A DNA stretch of 64,000 nt from an uncultured Marinicella sp. (GCA_964631055.1 CAZVZJ010000005.1:12472-76471), one strand, 5' to 3'; shown: positions 1 through 10,166, numbered from the stretch's first letter. Translations and numbers: made by a program. The notes: a model not told the origin generated them from the sequence alone.

Positions 1-211
1 AACTCATATCTAGAGCATTGATTTTGTCATTACTTGTCATGTTTTGAACTGAATAAAGTCAGATTTACCGAATAAGCTGTATTTTTTAAATGAGAATACA
101 GCATGAAAGAATTTGTTTTTTGGGATGAAGATGACTTAAGCAATTTACCGGAAGATTTTAAACTGGTGCCATTTAATGTTGCTTTTTATGATCAAAAAAG
201 CGAACCAAACG

Positions 212-571
212 TTATCGAAACACCCAAAACTTCGACATCAAAAAAGTCACCAGCGGAACACAAATCATCAAAGTTGGTAACGCTTGTGTAGAATAATCAA
301 ACCCCAAATGGTTTACCAAGATATAGACACCTGACTGATGTAGTGTAAAGCCAGTTAAAGCGGTTATAAAGAACTTTGGAAAGCGTTCTTTGTGTGAACC
401 TTGGTCTTTAAAGGAATAATGATAATGCCCTAAATAAGCCGTGATTAGGCCACCAAAGAAGCCACAAGCATGTGCCCAAAATGGTTCAAGACCAGAAAAG
501 TTATGGAGTAACAAACCAATACTGGCGTGGACAATGCTGGCAATCACACCAACCATGCCATAACGTACCAT
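212..571 (-). CDS. GtrA-family small membrane protein
   Basis: The 172-aa ORF is trimmed to the internal Met (MVRYGMVGV...) because the upstream part overlaps the Rieske gene. It has four hydrophobic segments and a ...KFWVFR C-terminus typical of GtrA-like proteins. Confidence 0.6.
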   Translation of the reverse strand: MVRYGMVGVIASIVHASIGLLLHNFSGLEPFWAHACGFFGGLITAYLGHYHYSFKDQGSHKERFPKFFITALTGFTLHQSGVYILVNHLGFDYSTQALPTLMICVPLVTFLMSKFWVFR

Positions 572-587
572 AAGAGCCAGTAAGGCT

Positions 588-923
588 TTATGCGATTTCA
601 ATAAATACGTCCTTGTCGTCAAAAGTGATGTTAAGTTGAGTGAGTGATTGACCTGCGCAGGGGCCGCTGGTGCAAAGACCGTTTTCAGTATTAAAGGTGG
701 CACCATGGGCAGGACAAACCAACAAGCCATCAGGTGTTTCTAAAAATGCATTTTCAGCATAGTTCATGCGCCGCCCCTGGTGGGGACATTCATTGATAAA
801 AGCCACCCATTCAGTGGCTCCGCGTTTAATCATTACTGAAGTTTGACCGTTAATCGTTTGCACGGTGTGGGAAGACCACTGGCCTATGGGTACGTCGATT
901 AATTGTGCAATTTTGTGTTGCAT
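588..923 (-). CDS. Rieske (2Fe-2S) domain protein
   Basis: It carries CPHQG...17 aa...CPAHG, the Rieske cluster-binding CxH/CxxH pair. The ATG at 923 lies 1 nt after the hemE stop, which suggests tight coupling. Confidence 0.75.
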   Translation of the reverse strand: MQHKIAQLIDVPIGQWSSHTVQTINGQTSVMIKRGATEWVAFINECPHQGRRMNYAENAFLETPDGLLVCPAHGATFNTENGLCTSGPCAGQSLTQLNITFDDKDVFIEIA

Positions 924-924
924 G

Positions 925-1974
925 TCAGTTTTTACTGGTGTGTTGGCGTACAGCATCGACTAATACGGCTACTTTCTCAGGTGACATATCAGGTTGCATG
1001 CCGTGACCCAAGTTAAAAATATGCCCGGGTTGATTACCATAAGAATCACAGACTTGTTTAACCGCGTTGCTGATGTATTCATCAGGTGCATAAAGAGTGG
1101 CAGGGTCTAAGTTTCCCTGTAGCGCAACTCGGCCACCAGTGAGCTGTTGAGCATCGTTGATGTCAATGGTCCAATCAACACCAAGGCCGTGACAGCCTGT
1201 TTCGGATAAAGCACTTAAGTTTTGGTTGGCGCCTTTGCTGAAAAGCACAATGGGCGTGTCACCAAAACCAGCGGATTTGATGCCATCTATGATTTGTTGC
1301 ATATATTGCAGAGAAAAGCGTTTGAAATCAGCTGGGCTAAGGACGCCACCCCAGCTATCAAAAATTTGTATGGCCGATGCGCCGCTTTGAATTTGGCCAA
1401 TTAAATACTTGACGATGGATTGCGATAGCTTGTCGAGAAGCTGGTGTGCTAGTTCGGGCGTTTTATATAGAAACGCTTTGGATTTGGCGTAAGTTTTACT
1501 GCCACCATTTTCAATCATATAAGTCAGCAAAGTCCAAGGGCTACCAGAAAAGCCAATCAATGGCACGCGGCCATTCAGGGTTTGACTGGTCAAACTGATG
1601 GCATCCATGACGTACTGTAAATCCTCTGCTTCAGGTACTGGTAAGTCAACAATTTGTTTACCATCAGTGATGGGTTTTTTAAACTTTGGCCCCTCTCCTT
1701 GTACGAAATATAACTCCAGACCCATGGCGTCTGGGATGGTTAAGATGTCAGAAAAGATGATGGCAGCATCAAGGGGAAACCGCTCAAGCGGTTGAATGGT
1801 CACTTCACAAGCCATTTCAGGGGTGCTGGCTAAGGTCATAAAATCGCCAGCTTGAGCACGAACTTTTCGATACTCCGGCAAATACCGGCCAGCTTGTCGC
1901 ATCAACCACACAGGTGTGCGTTCAGTTTTTTCTCGGCGCAAGGCACGCAAATACAAATCGTTTTGCAGTTTCAT
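925..1974 (-). CDS. hemE: uroporphyrinogen decarboxylase
   Basis: The N-terminus MKLQNDLYLRALRREKTERTPVWLMRQAGRYLPEY matches the HemE signature (RQAGRYLPEY) and the protein has full HemE length. The start is chosen at the second Met; the ORF extends to 2001. Confidence 0.95.
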   Translation of the reverse strand: MKLQNDLYLRALRREKTERTPVWLMRQAGRYLPEYRKVRAQAGDFMTLASTPEMACEVTIQPLERFPLDAAIIFSDILTIPDAMGLELYFVQGEGPKFKKPITDGKQIVDLPVPEAEDLQYVMDAISLTSQTLNGRVPLIGFSGSPWTLLTYMIENGGSKTYAKSKAFLYKTPELAHQLLDKLSQSIVKYLIGQIQSGASAIQIFDSWGGVLSPADFKRFSLQYMQQIIDGIKSAGFGDTPIVLFSKGANQNLSALSETGCHGLGVDWTIDINDAQQLTGGRVALQGNLDPATLYAPDEYISNAVKQVCDSYGNQPGHIFNLGHGMQPDMSPEKVAVLVDAVRQHTSKN

Positions 1975-2153
1975 TGATTCTGATGGTTTAAAAAAGCTCA
2001 TTTTATCAGCTCCAACGGTCAGAAACAGCTACATATGATAACGCAAGGCTAAATTTACGCCATTTAATACCAACTCTGCTAAAATGCCGAATTTTGAATG
2101 GAACCTCAAGGTATGGGTGAGGTCTTATAGAAACTTTTATTGTGCCAATAATT

Positions 2154-3563
2154 ATGAAAAAAATTACATTGTGTTTAAGCTTGTTTTTTAGTCTTGGCTT
2201 GTCGGCTCAAGCCCTAGAGCGTGAAAAAAATTATGCTCTAGAAGTGAGTAAAATAAATGACATTCAACAGCTGCTTGAAATGGTCAGAGAAAAAGGTGAA
2301 AAACAACAGTATGCTGATCAAGAGGTTGCCTTACAACGCTTAATTTCATTAAGGCCATACAATCCGGATTTTCGTTTTGCCTTGGCCAGGACATATGCAT
2401 TACAAGATAAAAAGTCTGAAGCTTATAATGATTTAATTAGCTTGCAAAAAGCGGGCTTGAGCTACCCTGTTGGCGATAAAGAGGGCTTTGAAAACATCTC
2501 GACTACCAACGTCTTTACCTACATAGAAGATGGCATGTTGGCCAATGCCAAATCGTTTGGCCAGGGCAGTAAAGTATTCGAAGTCAGTGAAAACTATTCA
2601 GGAATGCTATTTGAAAACATAGTTTATGACTCAAATGACGAACGTTTTTTATTGGCCAGCATCAGAGCTGGAGAAATTTATCAATATTCAGAAAAAGAAG
2701 GCTTTAAAAGGTTTATAAACCCGTCTAACCCCGCCACAGGCCCTTGGGGAATTATTGATATTGCTATTGATTCTAAGGCCGATGTTTTGTGGACATCTTC
2801 CGCAACAATGCCACATTATAATGGGACCACACAAGCCAACTTTGGTCAGGCCATGATCTCAAAGTTTAAACTCAGTACAGGTGAGTTGATTAATAATTAT
2901 GCCATGGCTAAAACAGCTCAGCCCATGTTGTTTTCTAACTTACATTTAACAACCGGTCAAAATCTTTACTTTACCAATGTTTTTGGCAACCAGGTTTTTA
3001 AGATATCTAAAGACAGTGAAAAAGTAGAGCCACTGGTTTCTTTGACTGGGTTAAACACCATCAAAGCCATTACCAGTAATGCGGAAGAAAGTGTCCTATA
3101 TGTGTCAGACTTTGATCAGGGGTTATTCGTAATTAATTTAAAGACCAATCGGATGGTTCCACTGATCAAGTCACCCAATGGCTTCTTCGCGGGTTTCAAC
3201 GATTTATTTTATGATGATGGCGATTTGGTAGCCATACAAAGTGGCGTGGTACCTGCTCGGTTGATGCGCCTGGTTTTGAAACAAGACCTCTTTTTACAAA
3301 ACACCTTCCCTATTGAAGCGGCCAATGAAAACTTCAAAGCTTTGGGTAATGGAACATTGGTTGATGACAGCATTTATTATGTAGCTAATTCGCAATGGTC
3401 TAAGTTAGATGGGTTAGGTCGTTTATTACCAGAGCAAACGTGGGAACCTCTGGTAATCATGAAGTCTCCTACTAAGTACAGAATGGAGGAACATATGGAA
3501 CAACAGCGTAAAATGGAAGAAATTAAAAAGAAACGTGGCTTAAAAAGCCTACCAAATCAATAA
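2154..3563 (+). CDS. secreted hypothetical protein (TPR-like N-terminal part, beta-propeller-like C-terminal part)
   Basis: It has a signal peptide, MKKITLCLSLFFSLGLSAQA. The remainder resembles SMP-30/gluconolactonase-type repeat proteins only loosely. The function is not recognised. Confidence 0.6.
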   Translation: MKKITLCLSLFFSLGLSAQALEREKNYALEVSKINDIQQLLEMVREKGEKQQYADQEVALQRLISLRPYNPDFRFALARTYALQDKKSEAYNDLISLQKAGLSYPVGDKEGFENISTTNVFTYIEDGMLANAKSFGQGSKVFEVSENYSGMLFENIVYDSNDERFLLASIRAGEIYQYSEKEGFKRFINPSNPATGPWGIIDIAIDSKADVLWTSSATMPHYNGTTQANFGQAMISKFKLSTGELINNYAMAKTAQPMLFSNLHLTTGQNLYFTNVFGNQVFKISKDSEKVEPLVSLTGLNTIKAITSNAEESVLYVSDFDQGLFVINLKTNRMVPLIKSPNGFFAGFNDLFYDDGDLVAIQSGVVPARLMRLVLKQDLFLQNTFPIEAANENFKALGNGTLVDDSIYYVANSQWSKLDGLGRLLPEQTWEPLVIMKSPTKYRMEEHMEQQRKMEEIKKKRGLKSLPNQ

Positions 3564-3598
3564 GCAGGCTTTCATAAGTTAAAAGATAAAGGAGTTAT

Positions 3599-5413
3599 TT
3601 AGGCTCCTTTATCTGCAATATATTGGTCAATCAATTGTTCTAATATATTCAATGGAACGGAGCCGTTGTTCAATACAGCACGATGAAAATCTCGCACATC
3701 ATATCTTTCGCCTAAAGCGTTTTGGGCTTTTTCACGCAACTCCAAAATTTTAGTCATGCCTACTTTGTATGCTGTGGCTTGACCAGGCATGACGAAATAA
3801 CGTTCGATTTCCGCGATCACATCAGATTCTGTCATACCCGTATTGGCTAACATATAGTCAATCGCTCTTTCGCGAGACCAACGCTGGGCATGAATGCCGG
3901 TGTCTACCACCAGCCTAACAGCACGAAATAGCTCTGCTTGAAGACGGCCAATATTGTCATAAGGATCTGGTAGCATGCCCATCTCATAAGCAACGCGTTC
4001 AGCATATAAGGCCCACCCTTCGGAGTAGGCTATAAAAGGTACCATTTTACGGAAAAAAGGCATGTCTTTTAATTCTTGTTGGATAGATAGCTGATAATGG
4101 TGGCCTGGTGTGCCTTCGTGGTAGGCCAGGGTTTTCATGCTGTATTTTGGTGTGGCTTTGATGTCATAAAGGTTGGCATAAAAAACACCCGGTCTAGAAC
4201 CGTCCATGGCTGGTCTTTGATAGTAGGCGCCTGGAGAGGTTTTTTCTTTAAATGCAGGTATTCTTTGTACATCAACTTTGGCTTCAGGAATGTCATGAAA
4301 ATGACTCGACATTTGCTTTTCAATATCGACCAACATGGTTTTATAGTCATCTAAAATTTGTTCACGGCCTTCGTTAGAGTCCGAGTAATAAAATCGAGAA
4401 CTAACCGCCATATTTTCAATAGCAGCAGTAAACCCTGTTGATACGTCCCAACCTTCGCTGGCTAAAATCTCCAGTATTTCAGCTTGGATGCGGTCAACTT
4501 CTTGTCTGCCAAAATTATGAATGTAGTCTGGTGTGTAATCGGTAGTAGTAAAAAACCTGAGTGCCAGTGCATAATAAGCATCGCCATCAGGTAAATTCCA
4601 AACACCGTGATTTTCACTGACTTTATTATCTAATTGAACAAAATAATCAATCAGTTTTTGGTAGGCGGGATAAACGGTTTTTTCAATGGTGTCTTTGGCT
4701 TGTTGGGCGATTTCTTGTTGATCACCATCGGACAAGTCAGCCTCTTCCATTTTCGTGGCCAATGAAACGAATAAAATATTTTCTTCGATAGGTGTATTAA
4801 CAAAACCATTCATTTCTTCTACGACTTTAGTGACCACGAATTGAGGGGGCAAAATGCCTATATTTTCGCGGTGGTTCAAACCTTCTAAGACTTGGTCAAA
4901 CTTTATTCCTATTTTTGATAAGCGACTGATGTAGTCTTCGGCATCTCCCATGCTGTGAATCTGATGGGTGCTTTCCATAAAAGAAGGAAAGCCATTTTGG
5001 ACCCCAAATAACTGATTGACTGGGTAGTTGTGATATCGAAAACGTTGCCCCTCTACCACAATATTCAACAGTGACAGCATCACATCTTTAGACATTTTGT
5101 CATTTGGGTCCAGGTCCGCATCATCATACGACAGTAATGTTTTATGAGCTGCTAACACCTTTTCTATGGTTTCATCGCCAGAGGCTAGGCTGGCATCATC
5201 TAATTCTGCATTATGTCCGTCAATGCCAAAACTTTCTAAAACCCGCACTGAGCTCAGCATTTCAGGGCTGGATAAGGCAAACTGTAGTGCGGTTTTTCCA
5301 AAAAACAGGTTGATGTCGTAAGGTTTAAAATACCAAACATGAACAAAGAATGCTGAGGCCAGTAACACCACAACCAGTAACAGCCCACCTAAATATTTGA
5401 ATAACTTTTTCAT
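3599..5413 (-). CDS. DUF885-family protein (putative metallopeptidase-like)
   Basis: It is 604 aa with an N-terminal membrane anchor or signal. It has the HEGTPGHHYQ motif and the overall pattern characteristic of DUF885. Confidence 0.85.
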   Translation of the reverse strand: MKKLFKYLGGLLLVVVLLASAFFVHVWYFKPYDINLFFGKTALQFALSSPEMLSSVRVLESFGIDGHNAELDDASLASGDETIEKVLAAHKTLLSYDDADLDPNDKMSKDVMLSLLNIVVEGQRFRYHNYPVNQLFGVQNGFPSFMESTHQIHSMGDAEDYISRLSKIGIKFDQVLEGLNHRENIGILPPQFVVTKVVEEMNGFVNTPIEENILFVSLATKMEEADLSDGDQQEIAQQAKDTIEKTVYPAYQKLIDYFVQLDNKVSENHGVWNLPDGDAYYALALRFFTTTDYTPDYIHNFGRQEVDRIQAEILEILASEGWDVSTGFTAAIENMAVSSRFYYSDSNEGREQILDDYKTMLVDIEKQMSSHFHDIPEAKVDVQRIPAFKEKTSPGAYYQRPAMDGSRPGVFYANLYDIKATPKYSMKTLAYHEGTPGHHYQLSIQQELKDMPFFRKMVPFIAYSEGWALYAERVAYEMGMLPDPYDNIGRLQAELFRAVRLVVDTGIHAQRWSRERAIDYMLANTGMTESDVIAEIERYFVMPGQATAYKVGMTKILELREKAQNALGERYDVRDFHRAVLNNGSVPLNILEQLIDQYIADKGA

Positions 5414-5541
5414 TGTTTGTTCCAGTGTTTGTGTTTTGAAGCCGTCTTGATGCTTTCAACATTGATTTCATTGAATGGGCTGTCGTAAAATCTTGAGATG
5501 GGGTTCAAACCCAAGGTGCCAAGAGTGATGTAGCCAATCAT
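5410..5541 (-). CDS. 43-aa ORF, possible N-terminal remnant of a VOC/glyoxalase-family gene
   Basis: This ORF is below the 60-aa cut-off of the supplied track. The translation is MIGYITLGTLGLNPISRFYDSPFNEINVESIKTASKHKHWNKQ. An AGAGGAGA Shine-Dalgarno sits 7 nt upstream, and the stop overlaps the DUF885 ATG as ATGA. GY(I/V)TLGT...FYD is a typical VOC N-terminus. Confidence 0.3.
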   Translation of the reverse strand: MIGYITLGTLGLNPISRFYDSPFNEINVESIKTASKHKHWNKQ

Positions 5542-5629
5542 GGTGATTCTCCTCTGTTATAGTGTTTATAAATATTGTGTGGCTAATGACAGTTAATGTC
5601 CAGCCCAAACCATTCGGGAGTATCAAAAT

Positions 5630-6046
5630 ATGAAGAAAGTCATGGCCAACCAAGCACCAGACCCAGTAGGCTTGTACCCTCATGCCAGACAAGTAGGCAA
5701 CTTGTTATTTTTATCAGGTGTGGGGCCAAGAAAAAAAGACAGTAAGGATATACCGGGTGTAAGCATAGATGATGGCGGGAATGTGACAGCCTATTGTATT
5801 GAAACGCAATGTCGCAGTGTGTTCGATAATGTCAGGTATGTTCTGGAAGCGTCAGGTGCAAGCTGGGATGATTTGGTGGACGTTACAGTTTATTTAACTA
5901 ATATGGATGACGATTTTGCAATTTATAACCGGGTTTATGCAGAGTATTTTGCCAGCAATCAACCGTGCCGAACGACTGTTGAAATCAACAAACTGCCAAC
6001 TCCTATTGCTATTGAGCTAAAATGTATTGCTGTTATGGGAGAATAA
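5630..6046 (+). CDS. RidA/YjgF-family deaminase (candidate 2-aminomuconate deaminase)
   Basis: It shows a RidA-fold sequence pattern (...LFLSGVGPR...VDVTVYL...PCRTTVEI..LP....IELKCIA). It lies directly upstream of the 3-HAO and ACMSD genes. Confidence 0.8.
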   Translation: MKKVMANQAPDPVGLYPHARQVGNLLFLSGVGPRKKDSKDIPGVSIDDGGNVTAYCIETQCRSVFDNVRYVLEASGASWDDLVDVTVYLTNMDDDFAIYNRVYAEYFASNQPCRTTVEINKLPTPIAIELKCIAVMGE

Positions 6047-6052
6047 AAACAG

Positions 6053-6595
6053 ATGTCAGGTGTCCAAACCAAACCGTTAAAGCCATTTAATTTTGAAAAG
6101 TGGATAGACAAACACAGAGAACAACTGAAACCGCCTATTTGTAACAAACAGGTTTTCGATGAAGGTGATTTTATCGTTATGGTGGTAGGTGGCCCGAATG
6201 GTCGGCGTGATTATCACTATGATGAAGGCCCAGAGTTTTTTTATCAGTTGGAAGGTGAGATGTTGCTCAAAACCCAACAAGGTGGCTCAGTTGTGGACTA
6301 TCCCATAAAGGCAGGTGAGGTTTTTTTGTTGCCGCCTCGAATGCCACATTCTCCAATACGATATGCTAACTCCATAGGATTGGTGGTGGAGCGAAAAAGG
6401 TTGGTCCATGAAAAGGATGGTTTGATGTGGTTTTGTGAAAACTGTAACCACATGTTGTTTGAAGAATACTTCACTTTAGAAAATATAGAAAAAGATTTTT
6501 TTCCTGTGTTCGAACGTTTTTTTGCTGACGAACAATTACGAACTTGTGACCAATGTGGCACCGTGATGCCTGACACAAACAAGTTGGACTTGTGA
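6053..6595 (+). CDS. nbaC: 3-hydroxyanthranilate 3,4-dioxygenase
   Basis: A cupin core ([30 protein letters not shown]) and a C-terminal CxxC...CxxC rubredoxin-like site (CENC...CDQC) are typical of bacterial HAO. Confidence 0.9.
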   Translation: MSGVQTKPLKPFNFEKWIDKHREQLKPPICNKQVFDEGDFIVMVVGGPNGRRDYHYDEGPEFFYQLEGEMLLKTQQGGSVVDYPIKAGEVFLLPPRMPHSPIRYANSIGLVVERKRLVHEKDGLMWFCENCNHMLFEEYFTLENIEKDFFPVFERFFADEQLRTCDQCGTVMPDTNKLDL

Positions 6596-7608
6596 TGTTA
6601 ACAATAGACATACATACTCACATCTTACCCGAAAACTGGCCTAACTTACGCGAAAAGTATGGATATGGTGGCTTTGTACAGCTTGAACATACAGGTTGTG
6701 GTTGTGCAAAGATGGTACAAGATGGGCGACATTTCAGAGACATAGAATCAAACTGCTGGGATCCGGCAGTGCGCTTAAGTGAATGTGATCAACATGGTGT
6801 TCATGTACAAGTGCTATCTACGGTACCGGTGATGTTTTGTTACTGGGCGAAAGCCAAAGATACTTACGATTTAGCGAAGTTTCTGAATGACGATATGGCC
6901 AAACAAGTGGCCACCAACCCAAGGAGGTTGGTCGGTTTGGGAACGCTGCCTATGCAAGCACCGGATTTGGCGATTAAGGAATTAGAGCGTTGTGTGAATG
7001 AGTTGGGCTTGGCTGGTGTGCAAATTGGCTCACATGTGAACGAATGGAATTTAAATGCGCCAGAATTGTTTGATGTGTTTGCTGCGGCAGCAGATTTGGG
7101 TGCGGCGGTCTTTGTTCATCCTTGGGATATGGTCGGTAAGGAACAAATGCAAGATTATTGGCTGCCTTGGTTGGTTGGTATGCCAGCAGAAACCTCACTG
7201 GCTATTTGTTCAATGATATTTGGTGGTGTGCTTGAACGCCTCCCTGATTTACGAATTGCTTTCGCTCATGGGGGTGGAAGTTTTCCGGCAAGTATAGGGC
7301 GCATCGAACATGGGTTTGAGGTAAGACCAGATTTAGTAGCGGTTGATAACCCCATCAACCCACGTCAATATTTAAAGCAAATTTATTTAGACACCTTGGT
7401 TCATGAGCCAGATGTCTTGGATTACATTGTTAAGCTTATGGGTCATGAACGCTTAGCATTGGGAACTGATTATCCATTTCCATTGGGTGAACTCCAACCA
7501 GGTAAGCTGATTCATTCAATGCCCTATTCTGATCAGATCAAAAGTCGCATGCTTGCAGGCACAGCATTAGAGTGGTTGAACTTAAATCGGTCACAGTTTG
7601 TTGAATGA
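6592..7608 (+). CDS. nbaD: 2-amino-3-carboxymuconate-6-semialdehyde decarboxylase (amidohydrolase_2 family)
   Basis: It has the [10 protein letters not shown]-terminal metal motif and FAHGGGSFP / GTDYPFP motifs of ACMSD. Its start overlaps the nbaC stop. Confidence 0.85.
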   Translation: MMLTIDIHTHILPENWPNLREKYGYGGFVQLEHTGCGCAKMVQDGRHFRDIESNCWDPAVRLSECDQHGVHVQVLSTVPVMFCYWAKAKDTYDLAKFLNDDMAKQVATNPRRLVGLGTLPMQAPDLAIKELERCVNELGLAGVQIGSHVNEWNLNAPELFDVFAAAADLGAAVFVHPWDMVGKEQMQDYWLPWLVGMPAETSLAICSMIFGGVLERLPDLRIAFAHGGGSFPASIGRIEHGFEVRPDLVAVDNPINPRQYLKQIYLDTLVHEPDVLDYIVKLMGHERLALGTDYPFPLGELQPGKLIHSMPYSDQIKSRMLAGTALEWLNLNRSQFVE

Positions 7609-8408
7609 AGGTTCGGGTTGATTTAAGTAAAGAAGCTGTTTCGATCGCGATTCCATTACAGTTTGATGGACCACAACCCAATCACTTTGGTGCAGATTTA
7701 GCCACAGCTTCACCCATGAGGTCTGGTGAGTTTGTTGGAGACACAAAACAAGGTGGTTCTTGTAATGCTGAACAGGTTACGTTCAACCCGCATTGTAATG
7801 GTACACACACCGAAAGCATTTCACACATCATTGATCATCTAATGGCTCCTCATGAAGTTATTAAACAACCCTTGATGACAGCTTATTTATTAACGGTATC
7901 TCCACAGAAAGCATCAAGTCTTAAAGGAAATGATGATACCTATCAACCGCCGCTTAGTCCAGATGATATGATCATAAGAAAAAGCGACTTTACAGCCGTA
8001 ATAAAAAATTTACAAAACGGTGTAAAAGCATTAATTATCAGAACCTTGCCTAACGATAAAAACAAGAAAAACAAAATATATTCTGGTGCAAACCAACCGC
8101 CATATTTCAGCAATCAAGCCATGCAATGGTTGGTCAATCACACTGAAATTGAGCATTTATTGGTTGATATGCCGTCAGTTGATCGGCTTCATGATGAGGG
8201 CTTATTAAGTAACCATCGAATATTTTGGAATATTCAACCCGGTTCTCATCAATCTGATGAAAACCAACACCGGCACAAAACCATTACAGAAATGATATAT
8301 GTGCCAGACGCTATAAAAGACGGTGCTTATTTACTCAACCTTCAACTACCTCGCTTATGCCTCAATGCGGTGCCCAGTAACCCGCTTTTGTATGCGCTAA
8401 AATCTTGA
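7605..8408 (+). CDS. cyclase-family-like protein (possible arylformamidase/kynurenine formamidase relative)
   Basis: HCNGTHTESISH resembles the HxGTHxDxPxH cyclase/KynB motif but is divergent. Its start overlaps the ACMSD stop. The functional call is weak. Confidence 0.45.
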   Translation: MKVRVDLSKEAVSIAIPLQFDGPQPNHFGADLATASPMRSGEFVGDTKQGGSCNAEQVTFNPHCNGTHTESISHIIDHLMAPHEVIKQPLMTAYLLTVSPQKASSLKGNDDTYQPPLSPDDMIIRKSDFTAVIKNLQNGVKALIIRTLPNDKNKKNKIYSGANQPPYFSNQAMQWLVNHTEIEHLLVDMPSVDRLHDEGLLSNHRIFWNIQPGSHQSDENQHRHKTITEMIYVPDAIKDGAYLLNLQLPRLCLNAVPSNPLLYALKS

Positions 8409-9286
8409 TTAAAAACATCTTACTAACAGTTTTTGTGTTACTGGCTTTTGCTGGTAATTCATTGCTTTGTCGACTGGCTCTTAAGGGTGATTTAATTAAC
8501 GCCACAGACTTTACTTCGGTGCGATTATTGGCTGCTGCCATCACATTACTTGTGTTGTTGTTTATGACTAATAAGTCAGTAAATATAAGCACCTTAAAAC
8601 CCAGCCGAAAACAAGTGATTGGATCAACCATGCTTTTTTTATATGCCTGGCTCTTTTCTTTGGCGTATCTAATTTTAGATACTGGCAGCGGGGCACTGAT
8701 TTTGTTTGGGTTTGTACAGCTGACATTGTTGTTTTGTGGTTTTTGTATCAATCAAAAACCTGGTTGGTATGACAGTCTAGGTATGTTGTTGGCTTGTATT
8801 GGTTTGGTATATTGGCTTATTCCTGCATGGGGCACACCATCGGTCACTGGGTTTTTCATGATGGCAGCAGCGGGGGTTTCTTGGGGGCTATATACTTTCG
8901 TTGGCCGAAAATCTGAATTACCTTTGCTAGAAACCAGTAAGAACTTTATTTATAGTTTACCTTTGGTTTTATTACTTAATGTGTTTGTTTTTGAACCCAT
9001 CAGTTGGCGTGGTGAAGGTGTTGTATTGGCCATTATTTCTGGCTCAATTACTTCAGGGCTGGGGTATGCTTTGTGGTATGCAGTATTGCCTAAACTAAAA
9101 GTCTATCAAGCAGGAGTATTACAGCTATTGGTTCCAGTGATAGCAGCTCTAGGTGGTTGGTTGATACTTGGGGAAATGGTTGATGGTAGGTTTTTGTTGT
9201 CATCCTGCATGATATTAGGTGGTATTTTGTTGGTGTTGAAAACTGGCCAATTGAAAAGTAAAAAGAACACCAAAAAAACACATTGA
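8405..9286 (+). CDS. EamA/DMT-family transporter
   Basis: It has about 10 predicted TM helices with two EamA-like halves. Its TTG start overlaps the preceding stop. Confidence 0.8.
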   Translation: MIKNILLTVFVLLAFAGNSLLCRLALKGDLINATDFTSVRLLAAAITLLVLLFMTNKSVNISTLKPSRKQVIGSTMLFLYAWLFSLAYLILDTGSGALILFGFVQLTLLFCGFCINQKPGWYDSLGMLLACIGLVYWLIPAWGTPSVTGFFMMAAAGVSWGLYTFVGRKSELPLLETSKNFIYSLPLVLLLNVFVFEPISWRGEGVVLAIISGSITSGLGYALWYAVLPKLKVYQAGVLQLLVPVIAALGGWLILGEMVDGRFLLSSCMILGGILLVLKTGQLKSKKNTKKTH

Positions 9287-9368
9287 ATAGCTCAGTGAAG
9301 CGCCAGAAAGCACTTGAAAAAGGGCTTTAGAAAGTTAACAATGATTGTTTTAATACTCGAGGTCAGAG

Positions 9369-10166
9369 ATGGAAGGATTATTCACCATAGAAAACTTGCT
9401 CACCCTGGGCATGTTGGTCATGTTACAAGCAGTGCTGGGTTTTGATAACCTGCTTTATATCATTATTGAGTCACAACGGGTTGAAGAATCACGGCAGTCC
9501 AAGTTAAGAAAAACAGGTATATGGTTGGCGGTATTATTCCGCTTGGTATTACTGTTCTTACTGTTAAAAATCCTGTCGTATTTTACTGAACCGCTGTTTT
9601 CCTTAAGTTGGGAAGGTGTGGTTGAGGGAACCTTTAATCTACGAGCGGTGGTGGTGTTGTTAGGTGGGGTGTTCATTATTTATACGGCCATGAAAGAAAT
9701 CGTGCATATGATGATGCTAGAAGAAAATATAGAACATGAGAAAAAACAAAAATCATCATTCACAAAGGCGCTGATCTTAATTGTTACCATGAATGTGGTT
9801 TTTTCGTTTGATTCCATCCTCAGTGCCATGGCATTAACTGATAACTACATCATTATGGCATCAGCCATCTTAATTGGTGCTGGTTTGATGGTTTGGTTGG
9901 CAGATACAGTTGCTACATTTTTACAAAAGAATCGCATGTATGAAGTGTTGGGGCTTTTCATATTGTTCATAGTAGGTGTGATGTTGTTGTCAGAAGCTGG
10001 CCACATAGCCCATTTAAAATTCTTTGGGCATGAAATCACGCAAATGAGTAAAGCCACTTTCTATTTCGTTATTGTCATTCTGGTGATCACCGAAATTGTT
10101 CAGTCCAGATATACAAAGAAACTCAATCAACTGAAAGCAAGAAGGTTGGAAAAAGAAACTAAATGA
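9369..10166 (+). CDS. TerC-family integral membrane protein
   Basis: It has a TerC-like pattern (LGFDNLLYIII...FSFDSILSAMALT) and multiple TM helices. Confidence 0.8.
   Translation: MEGLFTIENLLTLGMLVMLQAVLGFDNLLYIIIESQRVEESRQSKLRKTGIWLAVLFRLVLLFLLLKILSYFTEPLFSLSWEGVVEGTFNLRAVVVLLGGVFIIYTAMKEIVHMMMLEENIEHEKKQKSSFTKALILIVTMNVVFSFDSILSAMALTDNYIIMASAILIGAGLMVWLADTVATFLQKNRMYEVLGLFILFIVGVMLLSEAGHIAHLKFFGHEITQMSKATFYFVIVILVITEIVQSRYTKKLNQLKARRLEKETK

Noticed and set aside
1-40. A possible minus-strand gene start (ATGACAAGTAATGAC... = MTSNDKINALDMS) running off the left edge.
   Set aside because: Only 13 codons are visible, which is too little to call.
103-291. A 62-aa plus-strand ORF at the left edge.
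   Set aside because: Its last ~80 nt overlap the well-supported C-terminus of the GtrA-like gene on the opposite strand. It has no recognisable family and low-complexity K/S-rich composition. It is possibly a shorter real peptide, but that is unsupported.
8362-8751. A 129-aa minus-strand ORF.
   Set aside because: It is antisense to the EamA transporter frame, which has a coherent 10-TM pattern. It has no family resemblance.
9287-9368. A yybP-ykoY (Mn2+) riboswitch upstream of the TerC-family gene.
   Set aside because: TerC/Alx genes often carry one, but the 82-nt leader lacks the conserved GGGGAGUAG and related motifs and is too short.
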